DNA from: Candidatus Dormiibacterota bacterium
GTDB lineage: Bacteria > Chloroflexota > Dormibacteria > Dormibacterales > Dormibacteraceae
Assembly: GCA_036565325.1 (NCBI GenBank)
Contig: DATCNF010000133.1
Span: forward strand, 1 to 44,244
Direction: 5' to 3'
Length of the DNA stretch: 44,244 bases
In this document: one piece after another, positions 24,553-32,865 of the stretch
Layout of the letters: every line of letters begins with the position of its first letter
How positions within the stretch are numbered: position 1 is the stretch's first letter
Made by a program: the position numbers and the translations under genes
Notes under the pieces: generated by a model
The model's database searches: none
Seen by the model: the letters and a program-made list of their open reading frames with translations, nothing else
What the model was told of the DNA's origin: nothing

Positions 24553-25703
24553 TCGGCCTCCAGGGCCAGGGCCACCTCCACCAGGCCGCGCTCGGCTCCG
24601 GAGCGGCCGACCACCTGTATGCCGACCGGCAGGCCGGTGGTGGGGGCCGGCAGGGTGATCACCGGCTGGCCGCTGACGTTGAAGGGCCGCGTGAACCCGA
24701 GCAGCGTGCCCCGCTCCAGGGTCTGCCCGATCACCGGTGCCACGTAGGGTGTCGCCGGCAGCAGGAGCGCGTCCAGGCCCTGCAGCGCGGCGTCGGCCTC
24801 GGCGCGCAGCCGGCTCATCTCCAGCAATGCCTCCACGTAGCGCTGCCGCGGCACCCGCGAGCCCTGCTCGAGCAGGCCGCGCACATCCGCGCCGTACTTT
24901 TCCGGGACCTTCTCGAACCAGCGCTGGTGATAGGCGTAGGCCTCCAGGAGCAGGATCGTGATCCCGGCCTCGTGCATGCGCTCGCGGTCGGGGAAGTCGA
25001 CCTCGGGGACGCGCGCGCTGACAGCGGCCCAGGCCCGGCCGGTGGTCTCGTCGAGCGCGAGCTGGCCGGCCCAGCCCCGGGGGACGCCGAGCTTGAGCTC
25101 GGCTCGGGCCCGCGGGCGGGCAGGAACCAGGTCGGTGAGCTCGCTCATGGCCTCCAGGGCGCGCGCCGCCGAGGCCACGTCGGGCGCCAGCGGCCCCAGA
25201 GTGTCCTGGGTGCGGCTGAGCGGGATCACCCCCTCCGTGTCGACCGTGCCCAGCGTCGGCTTGAAGCCGACCACACCGCAGAAAGCGGCGGGGATCCGGA
25301 TCGAGCCGCCGGTGTCGGAGCCCAGCGCCCAGTCGCAGATGCCCATGGCGACCGCCACCGCCGAGCCGCCCGAGGAGCCGCCGGCCACCCGCTCCGGGTC
25401 GTGGGGGTTGCGGATGGGGCCGTAGTGGGGGTTGTTGCTGGTGGCGCCGTAGGCGAACTCGTGGAGGCTGGCCTTGCCCATCACCACCGCGCCGTGGGCC
25501 CGCATGCGCTCGACCACGGGCGCGTCCCGCTCCGCGGGGACCCTGGGCATGATCACGCCGCCGGCCGTGGTCACGGTGCCGCGCACGTCGACCAGGTCCT
25601 TGACCGCCACCACCTGGCCCTCGCCCTGCTCCTCGGTCAGTGAGATGAAGGCGTTGAGGTGGGCGAGCTCGCGCGCCCGGGCGCGCGCATGATCGGGGGT
25701 CAT
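24537..25703 (-). CDS. Amidase-signature (AS) family amidase
   Basis: ATG 25703 gives 388 aa. VAVKDLVDV lysine, GGSSGGSAVAVA signature, GSDTGGSIRIPAAFCG. The upstream part of ORF 24537..27284 is shadow over the peptidase gene. Confidence 0.9.
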   Translation of the reverse strand: MTPDHARARARELAHLNAFISLTEEQGEGQVVAVKDLVDVRGTVTTAGGVIMPRVPAERDAPVVERMRAHGAVVMGKASLHEFAYGATSNNPHYGPIRNPHDPERVAGGSSGGSAVAVAMGICDWALGSDTGGSIRIPAAFCGVVGFKPTLGTVDTEGVIPLSRTQDTLGPLAPDVASAARALEAMSELTDLVPARPRARAELKLGVPRGWAGQLALDETTGRAWAAVSARVPEVDFPDRERMHEAGITILLLEAYAYHQRWFEKVPEKYGADVRGLLEQGSRVPRQRYVEALLEMSRLRAEADAALQGLDALLLPATPYVAPVIGQTLERGTLLGFTRPFNVSGQPVITLPAPTTGLPVGIQVVGRSGAERGLVEVALALEAEWRAP

Positions 25704-25714
25704 TGGCGGGCGGG

Positions 25715-27556
25715 CTACGCGTCCGGGGGGAGGCCGAAGTTCTTGAACAGGAAGGCGGCGATCAGCCTGTAGGCCTGCACCTGGTTGGCGCGCTTGCTGA
25801 AGTCGTGGCCCTCGTCCTCGAAGACGTGGTACTCGACGTCGCGGCCCAGCGCGCGCAGGGTCTCCACCATCTGGTCCGACTCCGGCTTGACCACCCGCGG
25901 GTCGCGCGCGCCCTGGAGCACCAGCAGCGGCGCCCGCACGCCCTCGACGTGGCTGATCGGCGAGCGCTGCATGAGCATCTCCGCGTCCTGGTCCGGGTCG
26001 CCCACCCACTTCTTCATCGAGGACCGCCAGTGGGGCGGCACGGCGCGCGCGAAGGTGACCAGGTTGGCGGGGCCCACCAGGTCGATGCCGCAGCGCCAGT
26101 AGTCGGGCAGCCGCGTCATCGCCGAGAGGGTGGCAAAGCCGCCGAACGACGCCCCGTAGATGGCGATGCGCTCGGAGTCGACCCAAGTTTGCTCGCGCAG
26201 CCACCTGGCCGCGTGCTCGATGTCCTTGAGCTCGGCCCCGCCCCAATCCCGGTGGATCAGCTTCTGGTAAGCCATCCCGTAGCCGGTGCTGCCGCGGATG
26301 TTGGGCGCCAGGATGGCCACGCCGCGGCTGAGCAGGTACTGATAGAAGGGCGAGCTGCGCGTGACCTGCGTGCGCTCCTGAGCCTCCGGGCCGCCGTGGA
26401 TAGAGAGCAGGACCGGGAGCCGGCCATCGGCGTGCTTGGGCCGGTACAGCCAGGCCGGCACCTGGAGACCGTCGAAGGTCGGATAGCGCACCAGCTCGGG
26501 CTCGACCAGCTCGACTTCCGGGATGCCACCCAGGAACGACTCCGTGACGCGGCTCACCAGCTGCTGGCGGAGGTCGGCGACGTAGACGTCGAAGGGCCGG
26601 GTGCCGGTACCCACCAGGCCCGCCACCCGGCGGCCGTCGCGGGAGACCGCGAACTGCATGCAGACGCCGGCCGGCATCTGCGGGAACTCGAGCTCGCGGT
26701 TGGCGGCCAGGTTGCGGGCGTGGAAGCGCGAGTAGCCGTCCTCGTTGACGGTGTAGGCGAGGATGCCGCGGTCGGCCGAGAGCGCCGCGTGCTCGATTCC
26801 CCACTCGAGGTGGATCAGCGGCTCCCGGGCGCCGGTCTCGAGGTCGATGACCTCGACGTAGTGGTGGTCGTGGCCGCGGTCGGTGACGTTGTAGAGGCGG
26901 CGGCCGTCGGCGCTGAAGCCGATCGCCAGGTTGAGCTGCTCGCCCTGGTGAGGCGTCAGGTCGCGGCGCCGGCCGGTGCCGACCTCGACCAGGTCGACGT
27001 GCTGGTCGGTGTTGCCGATCAGCTCGATCACGGCCGCCTGGCGGCCGTCGGGATGCCAGGCGGCCGCGTAGAACTTGCCCTCGGGGGCGTCCAGGACCAG
27101 GCTGTACTCCCCTTCCTCGATGTGCAGCTCGTAGAGGCTGACGTCGGTCGGCCGCTCCTGGTTGCCGGACATCAGCATCCGTCGGCCGTCGTCGGAGACC
27201 GGCCCCACCGAGTACTGGACGTCGGGGCGGTCGGTGACCGCGCGCGGCCAGCCGCCGCCGGCGGGCAGCAGATTGATCTGCCACTGCTCGGCGCCGTGGT
27301 GGTCGAGCTCGACCACGAACCCGTGCGGCGTCCAGGCGTGGTGGCGCACCGCCTCCTCCTCCTGCGTCGTCAGCTGGCGAGGCCAGCCGCCGGCCACCGG
27401 GGAGGTCCAGAGGTTGAACTGGCCGGAGCCGTCGTGGGTGTAGGAGACCTGCTCGGCGTCAGGCGAGAAGTCGAGGTTGTTGAGCATGTAGAAGCGCCGG
27501 AGGGCGAAGAACTGCTCGAAGCTCGGGCGGGCCGGGGCCTTGGTCTGGACGCTCAC
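25715..27556 (-). CDS. S9-family serine peptidase (prolyl oligopeptidase / acylaminoacyl-peptidase type)
   Basis: 613 aa. N-terminal beta-propeller-like region and a C-terminal alpha/beta hydrolase with nucleophile motif GASFGG and a DPRV...H region. GTG start directly abuts the coxG stop. Confidence 0.9.
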   Translation of the reverse strand: MSVQTKAPARPSFEQFFALRRFYMLNNLDFSPDAEQVSYTHDGSGQFNLWTSPVAGGWPRQLTTQEEEAVRHHAWTPHGFVVELDHHGAEQWQINLLPAGGGWPRAVTDRPDVQYSVGPVSDDGRRMLMSGNQERPTDVSLYELHIEEGEYSLVLDAPEGKFYAAAWHPDGRQAAVIELIGNTDQHVDLVEVGTGRRRDLTPHQGEQLNLAIGFSADGRRLYNVTDRGHDHHYVEVIDLETGAREPLIHLEWGIEHAALSADRGILAYTVNEDGYSRFHARNLAANRELEFPQMPAGVCMQFAVSRDGRRVAGLVGTGTRPFDVYVADLRQQLVSRVTESFLGGIPEVELVEPELVRYPTFDGLQVPAWLYRPKHADGRLPVLLSIHGGPEAQERTQVTRSSPFYQYLLSRGVAILAPNIRGSTGYGMAYQKLIHRDWGGAELKDIEHAARWLREQTWVDSERIAIYGASFGGFATLSAMTRLPDYWRCGIDLVGPANLVTFARAVPPHWRSSMKKWVGDPDQDAEMLMQRSPISHVEGVRAPLLVLQGARDPRVVKPESDQMVETLRALGRDVEYHVFEDEGHDFSKRANQVQAYRLIAAFLFKNFGLPPDA

Positions 27557-28237
27557 CTAGTTCGTGGGCTTGGCGCCGAAGAGCCGCCGGATGCGGTCCC
27601 AGAGCACCAGGAAGAAGAGGCTCAGCGCATTGACGGGCTTGGCGGTGGCCATCGGTCGCGGCGCGACCGGTGCGACCTGGGCGGGGGTGGCCGGCGCCGC
27701 CGTGGCCGCCGCGGCATCGGCGCCGGTGGCCGCCGCTTCCGCGACCGCCGGTGCTTCAGCCGCGCTCACTTCGATGGCGCCGGGCGCCCCCTCGCCTTCG
27801 AGGTTGGACTTGATGCAGGCGGCCATCTGGCTGACCAGGCGCCGGGAGACGTCCTCCATCACGCCGCGCCCGAAGTTGGCGACCCGGCCGGCAACTGTGA
27901 AGTCGGTCTCCAGCTTGACCGTGGAGCCGGCGCCGTCGGCCAGCACGCTCATGGTGGCGGTGGCGTTGGCGGAGCCGGGACCGGTGGTCTCGCGACCGCT
28001 GGCTTCCAGCTTCGCGATCCGCGCCGCGTCGTCCTTTTCGATGATCTTGGCGGTGCCGTTGTAGGCCACCGTGATGGGGCCGACCTTGATCTTCACCTTG
28101 CCCTTGAAGGTGGTCGGGTCGACTACCTCGGAGAGCTCGGCGCCCGGCATGCAGCCGACCACGCGGTTGATGTCGACCAGGAATGCAAAAACCGTGTCCG
28201 GCGGGGCGGCGACTGGGAACTGGTTCTCGATCTGCAT
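27557..28237 (-). CDS. coxG: CoxG/SRPBCC-family protein with Ala/Pro-rich linker and C-terminal hydrophobic tail
   Basis: N-terminal ~145 aa MQIENQFPVAAPPDTVFAFLVDINRVVGCMPGA... is CoxG-like. It is followed by an AP-rich low-complexity stretch and VNALSLFFLVLWDRIRRLF. Confidence 0.8.
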   Translation of the reverse strand: MQIENQFPVAAPPDTVFAFLVDINRVVGCMPGAELSEVVDPTTFKGKVKIKVGPITVAYNGTAKIIEKDDAARIAKLEASGRETTGPGSANATATMSVLADGAGSTVKLETDFTVAGRVANFGRGVMEDVSRRLVSQMAACIKSNLEGEGAPGAIEVSAAEAPAVAEAAATGADAAAATAAPATPAQVAPVAPRPMATAKPVNALSLFFLVLWDRIRRLFGAKPTN

Positions 28238-28258
28238 CAGGCCTGCGCCCTAAGGTAC

Positions 28259-28285
28259 TGCGAAATATACTGACCACGTTTCGCA
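28259..28285. promoter_or_regulatory. Inverted repeat TGCGAAA-N13-TTTCGCA enclosing TATACT/TATATT hexamers in the coxG/coxS divergent spacer; candidate operator plus promoters
   Basis: 7-bp perfect arms at 28259-28265 and 28279-28285. TATACT at 28266-28271. This is the only clearly AT-richer spacer in the window. coxS has its own SD (GGGAGG at 28362-28367, 6 nt before the ATG). Confidence 0.45.
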
Positions 28286-28373
28286 CGTTCGTCTGGTCTG
28301 GGGGTATAGCCAAGGGCGAACCTGCTATGCCGCGCTCTTCAACTTGTCCACCCACAACAGCGGGAGGTAGCGG

Positions 28374-28904
28374 ATGAAGCACAAGGTCGCGACCACCATC
28401 AATGGGAGGGGCCGGCAAGACGAAGTCGAGGCTCGACTCCTCCTCGTCCACTACATACGCGACGTCGCCGGCCTGACCGGCACCCATGTCGGGTGCGACA
28501 CCAGCCAGTGCGGCGCCTGCACGATCCTGGTCGATGGCAAGGCCATCAAGTCCTGCACCATGTTCGCCGTCCAGGCCGAGGGGCGCCAGCTCACGACCAT
28601 CGAGGGCCTGGCCGACGGGGACACGCTGCATCCCATCCAGCAGGCCTTCTGGGATGAGCACGGACTGCAGTGCGGCTACTGCACGCCCGGCTTCATCATG
28701 GCCGCCAAGTACCTCCTCGACACCAACCCCAGCCCCAGCGACGACGAGATCCGCAAGGGCCTGGAAGGCAACCTGTGCCGCTGCACCGGCTACGTCAACA
28801 TCATCAAGGCCGTGAAGACGGCCTCCCAGGTCATGGGTGGCGCGCAGCAGGCGAAGCCTGCGACCGCCGGCCAGCCGGTGGGCCAGCCCACGGCAGGGAG
28901 CTAG
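28374..28904 (+). CDS. coxS: Molybdenum hydroxylase small subunit, [2Fe-2S]-binding (CoxS/CutS-like)
   Basis: Both Fe-S cluster motifs are present: [10 protein letters not shown] and CGYCTPGF...CRCTGY. Confidence 0.95.
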   Translation: MKHKVATTINGRGRQDEVEARLLLVHYIRDVAGLTGTHVGCDTSQCGACTILVDGKAIKSCTMFAVQAEGRQLTTIEGLADGDTLHPIQQAFWDEHGLQCGYCTPGFIMAAKYLLDTNPSPSDDEIRKGLEGNLCRCTGYVNIIKAVKTASQVMGGAQQAKPATAGQPVGQPTAGS

Positions 28905-28908
28905 AGCG

Positions 28909-31449
28909 ATGGCGATCAGCAAGATGATCGGCGCCAAGATCCATCGCCGCGAAGATCCCCGGCTGGTCTCCGGCGGCGGCCGCTACATGGACGACTTCAA
29001 ACGGCCCAACACCACCTACGCCGCTTTCATCCGCAGCCCTTACGCGCACGCCAAGATCCGGATGATCGACCCCACCGAGGCCAAGCAGGCGCCCGGGGTC
29101 GTGGCCGTGTTCACCGCGAAGGACTTCGAAGGCGTGCTGATGGGCCCGGCGCCGGTCGCGCCGGCCTTCGTGGCCGAGAAGCACACGGTTCCCGACCGGC
29201 CGCCGCTGCCGCTCGACGAGGTCGTCTACCAGGGCCAGCCCGTGGCCATGGTGATCGCCGAGTCGAAGGCCGAGGCCGCCGACGCGGCGGCGCTGGTCCA
29301 GGTCGACTACGAGCCGCTGCCCGCGGTCATGGACCTCGAGAAGGCCCTCGACCCCAGCAGCCCCAAGGCGCACACCGCGCTGCCCGACAACATCGCCTGG
29401 GACCTGGTCTACAACGCTGACGCCGACTCGAGCTTCGCCGAGGCCGAGGTCACCGTGAAGGAGCGGATCCTGCAGCAGCGCCTGGCGCCGACTCCAATGG
29501 AGACGCGCAGCGTGATGGCCGAGTGGAGCCCACACGAGGGCTCGATGACGCTCTGGCTCTCCAACCAGGGTCCCCACTTCATCCGCCTCTTCGTGGGCGG
29601 CGCGCTGGGGCTTCCCGAAAACCGCATGCGCGTCATCTCGCCCGATGTGGGCGGAGGCTTCGGCGCCAAGATCTGCCCCTACCCCGAGGACTACCTGGTG
29701 CCGGGGGCCGCCAAGATTCTCAAGCGACCGGTCAAGTGGACCGAGAGCCGCACCGAGTCGATCCAGGTCACCACCCACGGCCGCGGCCAGATCTTCGACG
29801 TCGAGGTCGCCGGCATGAAGGACGGCACGCTGCTGGGCATGAAGGTCACCCAGTACCTGGACGCGGGGGCCTACATCGGCACCTTCGGCGCCTTCCAGGC
29901 CTGCGCCTGCCTGCTGGCGGGTGGCGGCTACAAGTGGAAGCAGATCGCCGCCCGCACCATCGGCGTGCTCACCAACAAGGTTTCCACCGATCCCTACCGC
30001 GGCGCCGGCCGGCCCGAGGCCACCCACCTGGTGGAGCGCATGGTCGACGTCTTCGCTCGCGAGATCGGGATGGACCCCGCGGCGGTCCGCAAGAAGAACT
30101 TCGTCCAGCCCGGAGACTTCCCCTACACCCAGAACTTCGGGCTGGTCATGGACTCCGGCGACTACGAGCGCTCGCTCGACAAGGCGATGCAGATCGTCGG
30201 CTACGAGCAGGTGCGCAAGGAGCAGGAGGAGGGCCGTAAGCAGGGCCGCTATATCGGCATCGGGCTCTCCACCTGGATCGAGATCTGCGGCTTCGGCCCG
30301 GCGGCCGCCACCGCCCCGGCCACCGGCGGGATCGGGCTCGTGGAGTCGGCACAGGTACGCGTGTATCCCACCGGTTCGGTGACGGTCTGGACCGGCACCC
30401 ACTCGCACGGCCAGGGGCACGAGACCACGTTCAGCCAGATCGTGGCCGACACCCTGGGCATCCCCTACGACCAGATCGAGATCAAGCACGGCGACACCGG
30501 CGAAGGCACCGCCTTCGGCTACGGGACCTACGGGTCGCGCTCGCTGGCCGTCGGCGGGATGGCGATCAAGATGGCCTCGCAGAAGGTCGTCGACAAGGCC
30601 AAGCAGATCGCCGCCCATTCCTTCGAGGCGGCCGAAGAGGACGTCGTCTTCGAAGGCGGCGAGTTCTACGTCAAGGGCTCGCCCGACAACCGGCGCAAGA
30701 TCCAGGAGGTCGCGTTCGAGGCCTACGGCGCCGCGCTGCCGGAAGGCATGGAGCAAGGGCTGGAGGCGGTCGCCTACTTCGATCCGCCCAACTTCGTGTG
30801 GCCCTTCGGCGCCCACATCTGTGTGGTCGAGGTGGACATCGAGACGGGCGCCGTCAAGATGCTGAAGTACGTGGCCGTGGACGACTGCGGCAACGTGATC
30901 AACCCCATGATCGTGGAGGGCCAGCTGCACGGCGGAATCGCGCAGGGCATCGCCCAGGCCCTCTTCGAAGAAGTGATCTACGCGGAGGACGGCAGCCTGC
31001 GCACGGGCACGCTGCTCGACTACGCGATCCCCACGGCCAACGAGATGCCGCCGCTCACCCTAGACAGCACGGTGACCCCCTCGCCGACCAACGCGCTCGG
31101 CGTCAAGGGCATCGGTGAGGCGGGCACGATCGCGGCCAGCGGGGCCGTGATCAACGCCATCGTGGACGCGCTTTCGCCCCTTGGCGTGCGCCACGTCGAC
31201 ATGCCGGCCAGCCCGGACCGGCTCTGGAAGCAGCTGCAGGAGCACCGCACCGGCCTCGAGGGCTACCACACGGTGGCCGTCGCCGACACCCCCGAGGTTG
31301 ACGACGCGCCGCGCAAGGGCGGGCCCGAGTCCGAGCTGCCCGGCAGCCTGGACGAGGGCGAGATCGGCAAGACCGGCGGCAAGGCCGAGCCCGGCTCGGA
31401 AGGCTCGCCGCAGGAGGGGCCGCGCCACCAGAAGGACTACGACCGATGA
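28909..31449 (+). CDS. Molybdenum hydroxylase large subunit (xanthine dehydrogenase family; form-II CoxL-like) with ~65-aa acidic/Gly/Pro C-terminal extension
   Basis: ATG 28909 lies 8 nt after AGGGAG. Aldehyde-oxidase/XDH a/b-hammerhead and MoCo-binding domains are present. The active-site loop reads DPYRGAGRPEA (about 29989-30021). GIGEAGTIAA lies near the C-terminus. Confidence 0.9.
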   Translation: MAISKMIGAKIHRREDPRLVSGGGRYMDDFKRPNTTYAAFIRSPYAHAKIRMIDPTEAKQAPGVVAVFTAKDFEGVLMGPAPVAPAFVAEKHTVPDRPPLPLDEVVYQGQPVAMVIAESKAEAADAAALVQVDYEPLPAVMDLEKALDPSSPKAHTALPDNIAWDLVYNADADSSFAEAEVTVKERILQQRLAPTPMETRSVMAEWSPHEGSMTLWLSNQGPHFIRLFVGGALGLPENRMRVISPDVGGGFGAKICPYPEDYLVPGAAKILKRPVKWTESRTESIQVTTHGRGQIFDVEVAGMKDGTLLGMKVTQYLDAGAYIGTFGAFQACACLLAGGGYKWKQIAARTIGVLTNKVSTDPYRGAGRPEATHLVERMVDVFAREIGMDPAAVRKKNFVQPGDFPYTQNFGLVMDSGDYERSLDKAMQIVGYEQVRKEQEEGRKQGRYIGIGLSTWIEICGFGPAAATAPATGGIGLVESAQVRVYPTGSVTVWTGTHSHGQGHETTFSQIVADTLGIPYDQIEIKHGDTGEGTAFGYGTYGSRSLAVGGMAIKMASQKVVDKAKQIAAHSFEAAEEDVVFEGGEFYVKGSPDNRRKIQEVAFEAYGAALPEGMEQGLEAVAYFDPPNFVWPFGAHICVVEVDIETGAVKMLKYVAVDDCGNVINPMIVEGQLHGGIAQGIAQALFEEVIYAEDGSLRTGTLLDYAIPTANEMPPLTLDSTVTPSPTNALGVKGIGEAGTIAASGAVINAIVDALSPLGVRHVDMPASPDRLWKQLQEHRTGLEGYHTVAVADTPEVDDAPRKGGPESELPGSLDEGEIGKTGGKAEPGSEGSPQEGPRHQKDYDR

Positions 31450-31627
31450 CCCGGGCCGCACCGGGCCAGCCGGACGTCGACGACGCTCCCCGCCGCGGGG
31501 GGCCGCAGTCGCCGCTGCCGGGAAGCCTCGACGAGGGCCAGATCGCGGGCACCGGCGGCTCCGCCGAGCCCGGTTCCGAAGGCTCGCCGCAAGAAGGACC
31601 ACGCCACCAGGAGGATTACGACCAGTG
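31270..31627 (+). repeat. Tandem duplication, 2 x 179 bp, spanning the coxL 3' end and the junction to coxM
   Basis: GTTGACGACGCG... at 31297 recurs as GTCGACGACGCT... at 31476, and the stop codons at 31447-31449 and 31626-31628 are 179 nt apart. The encoded peptides match at about 42 of 52 aligned residues (my count). Confidence 0.85.
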
Positions 31628-31628
31628 A
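31446..31628 (+). CDS. 60-aa ORF paralogous to the CoxL C-terminal tail (acidic, Gly/Pro-rich)
   Basis: ATG overlaps the coxL stop (ATGA), and its own stop overlaps the coxM GTG (GTGA). Sequence: ...DVDDAPRRGGPQSPLPGSLDEGQIAGTGGSAEPGSEGSPQEGPRHQEDYDQ. Divergence from copy 1 is mostly synonymous in the last 14 codons. Confidence 0.5.
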   Translation: MTRAAPGQPDVDDAPRRGGPQSPLPGSLDEGQIAGTGGSAEPGSEGSPQEGPRHQEDYDQ

Positions 31629-32431
31629 TACCCGCTGCGTTCGAATACGCCCGCGCCTCCTCGGTGCAGGAGGCATCCGACCTGCTCGGCAAGTTCGGCG
31701 AGGACGCCAAGGTCCTCGCCGGCGGCCACAGCCTGATCCCGCTGATGCGGCTGCGCCTGGCGCAGCCGTCCGCGCTCGTGGACATCACCGGCGTCAAGGA
31801 GCTCTCCTACATCACGCGGGAGAACGGCAAGCTCCGGATCGGCGCCCTCACCCGCCACGTGGAGATCCACAACAGCGAGGAGATCAAGCAGAGCCTGCCG
31901 ATCCTGGCCGAGGTGGCCTCCGAGGTGGGGGACAACCAGGTGCGCAACATGGGCACCATCGGCGGCGTCATCGCGCACGCCGACTCGGCCGGCGACTACC
32001 CGACGCTCTGCGTCATGCTCGACGCCGAGATCGTCACCAACAAGCGGCGGCACGCCGCGCACGAGTTCTTCCAGGACCTCTTCACGACCCCCCTGGAGAA
32101 CGACGAGATCGTGTGCGAGGTCGTCTTCCCGGTGGCCAGCGGGGCGCACAAGTACATCAAGTTCCGGCGCCGCCTCTTCGACTGGGCGATCGTGGGCGCG
32201 GCCGCCCAGCGCACCGACCAGGGGTGGCGGATCGGGCTCACCAACGTGGGGCCGACGCCGGTCCGGGCGGTGGCGGTCGAGCAGGCGCTCGGCCAGGGTG
32301 CCTCGCCTTCAGAGGCTGCCGAGCACGCCTCGGACGGGCTCAACCCGAGCGGCGACATCCGGGCCACCCCCGAGTACAAGAAGCACCTGGCGAGGGTGCT
32401 GACACGACGCGCCATCGAACAGTCTCAATAG
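31625..32431 (+). CDS. coxM: Molybdenum hydroxylase medium subunit, FAD-binding (CoxM/CutM-like)
   Basis: GTG 31625 gives VIPAAFEYARASSVQEASDLL...AGGHSLIPLMRLRL, a typical CoxM N-terminus. The upstream part of ORF 31181..32431 is a frame shadow over the coxL tail. Confidence 0.9.
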   Translation: MIPAAFEYARASSVQEASDLLGKFGEDAKVLAGGHSLIPLMRLRLAQPSALVDITGVKELSYITRENGKLRIGALTRHVEIHNSEEIKQSLPILAEVASEVGDNQVRNMGTIGGVIAHADSAGDYPTLCVMLDAEIVTNKRRHAAHEFFQDLFTTPLENDEIVCEVVFPVASGAHKYIKFRRRLFDWAIVGAAAQRTDQGWRIGLTNVGPTPVRAVAVEQALGQGASPSEAAEHASDGLNPSGDIRATPEYKKHLARVLTRRAIEQSQ

Positions 32432-32466
32432 ACGCCGGACATGGGTGGGGGCCACGGCTGCACGCC

Positions 32467-32829
32467 GTGGCCCTCGCCACGGCGGCGCCGGGCACGGTGC
32501 TGATCGCCGTCCGGCTCTGGAGCGCGGCCGCCGGGGTAGCGGCTTCGGCGTTCCGGATGCTCGGGCCGTACGTGCACCCGGCTGCGATCACCCTCGTCGT
32601 GCTGGCATTGGCCCTCCTCGCACTGGCCGTCCCGGCCTGGCGCGGCAACCCCTTGGCGGTGGCCGCCGGCACCGCGCTGCTGGTGGTGGTCGCGCTGGTC
32701 AGCGCCCAGCTGGTCGTCGCCGACCGCTCCGCCTACCTCCTGCTGGGGGTGGCGCTGCTGGGCGCCGCCCCAGGCGCGTTCCTGGTGAGCGGCCCGGCGT
32801 TCTTCGACCCCGCCCGCACCCGGCGCTGA
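32467..32829 (+). CDS. Hypothetical small membrane protein
   Basis: The frame-1 tail of ORF 32113..32829 is hydrophobic (3-4 helices) with high GC3. GTG 32467 is the first plausible start after the coxM stop. Confidence 0.4.
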   Translation: MALATAAPGTVLIAVRLWSAAAGVAASAFRMLGPYVHPAAITLVVLALALLALAVPAWRGNPLAVAAGTALLVVVALVSAQLVVADRSAYLLLGVALLGAAPGAFLVSGPAFFDPARTRR

Positions 32830-32865
32830 GTTAGCCCCGGCACAGGTCCGGGTAGCCTTACTGCT

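Noticed and set aside
28238-28373. Possible Moco riboswitch or other leader RNA upstream of the molybdenum hydroxylase operon.
   Set aside because: I could not find the conserved Moco-motif sequence blocks by eye. The spacer is better explained by an inverted-repeat operator with -10-like boxes and an SD. A covariance-model scan would be needed to settle it.
28909-31449. Annotating the large subunit as a bona fide aerobic CO dehydrogenase (CoxL form I).
   Set aside because: The active-site loop is PYRGAGR, not the Cys-containing AYxCSFR loop of form I enzymes. The substrate should be left open.
31181-32431. 416-aa ORF as an extended CoxM.
   Set aside because: The first ~148 residues are an Arg/Pro-rich shadow of the coxL tail and its duplicate. 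The canonical CoxM N-terminus starts at GTG 31625, overlapping the stop of the 60-aa ORF.
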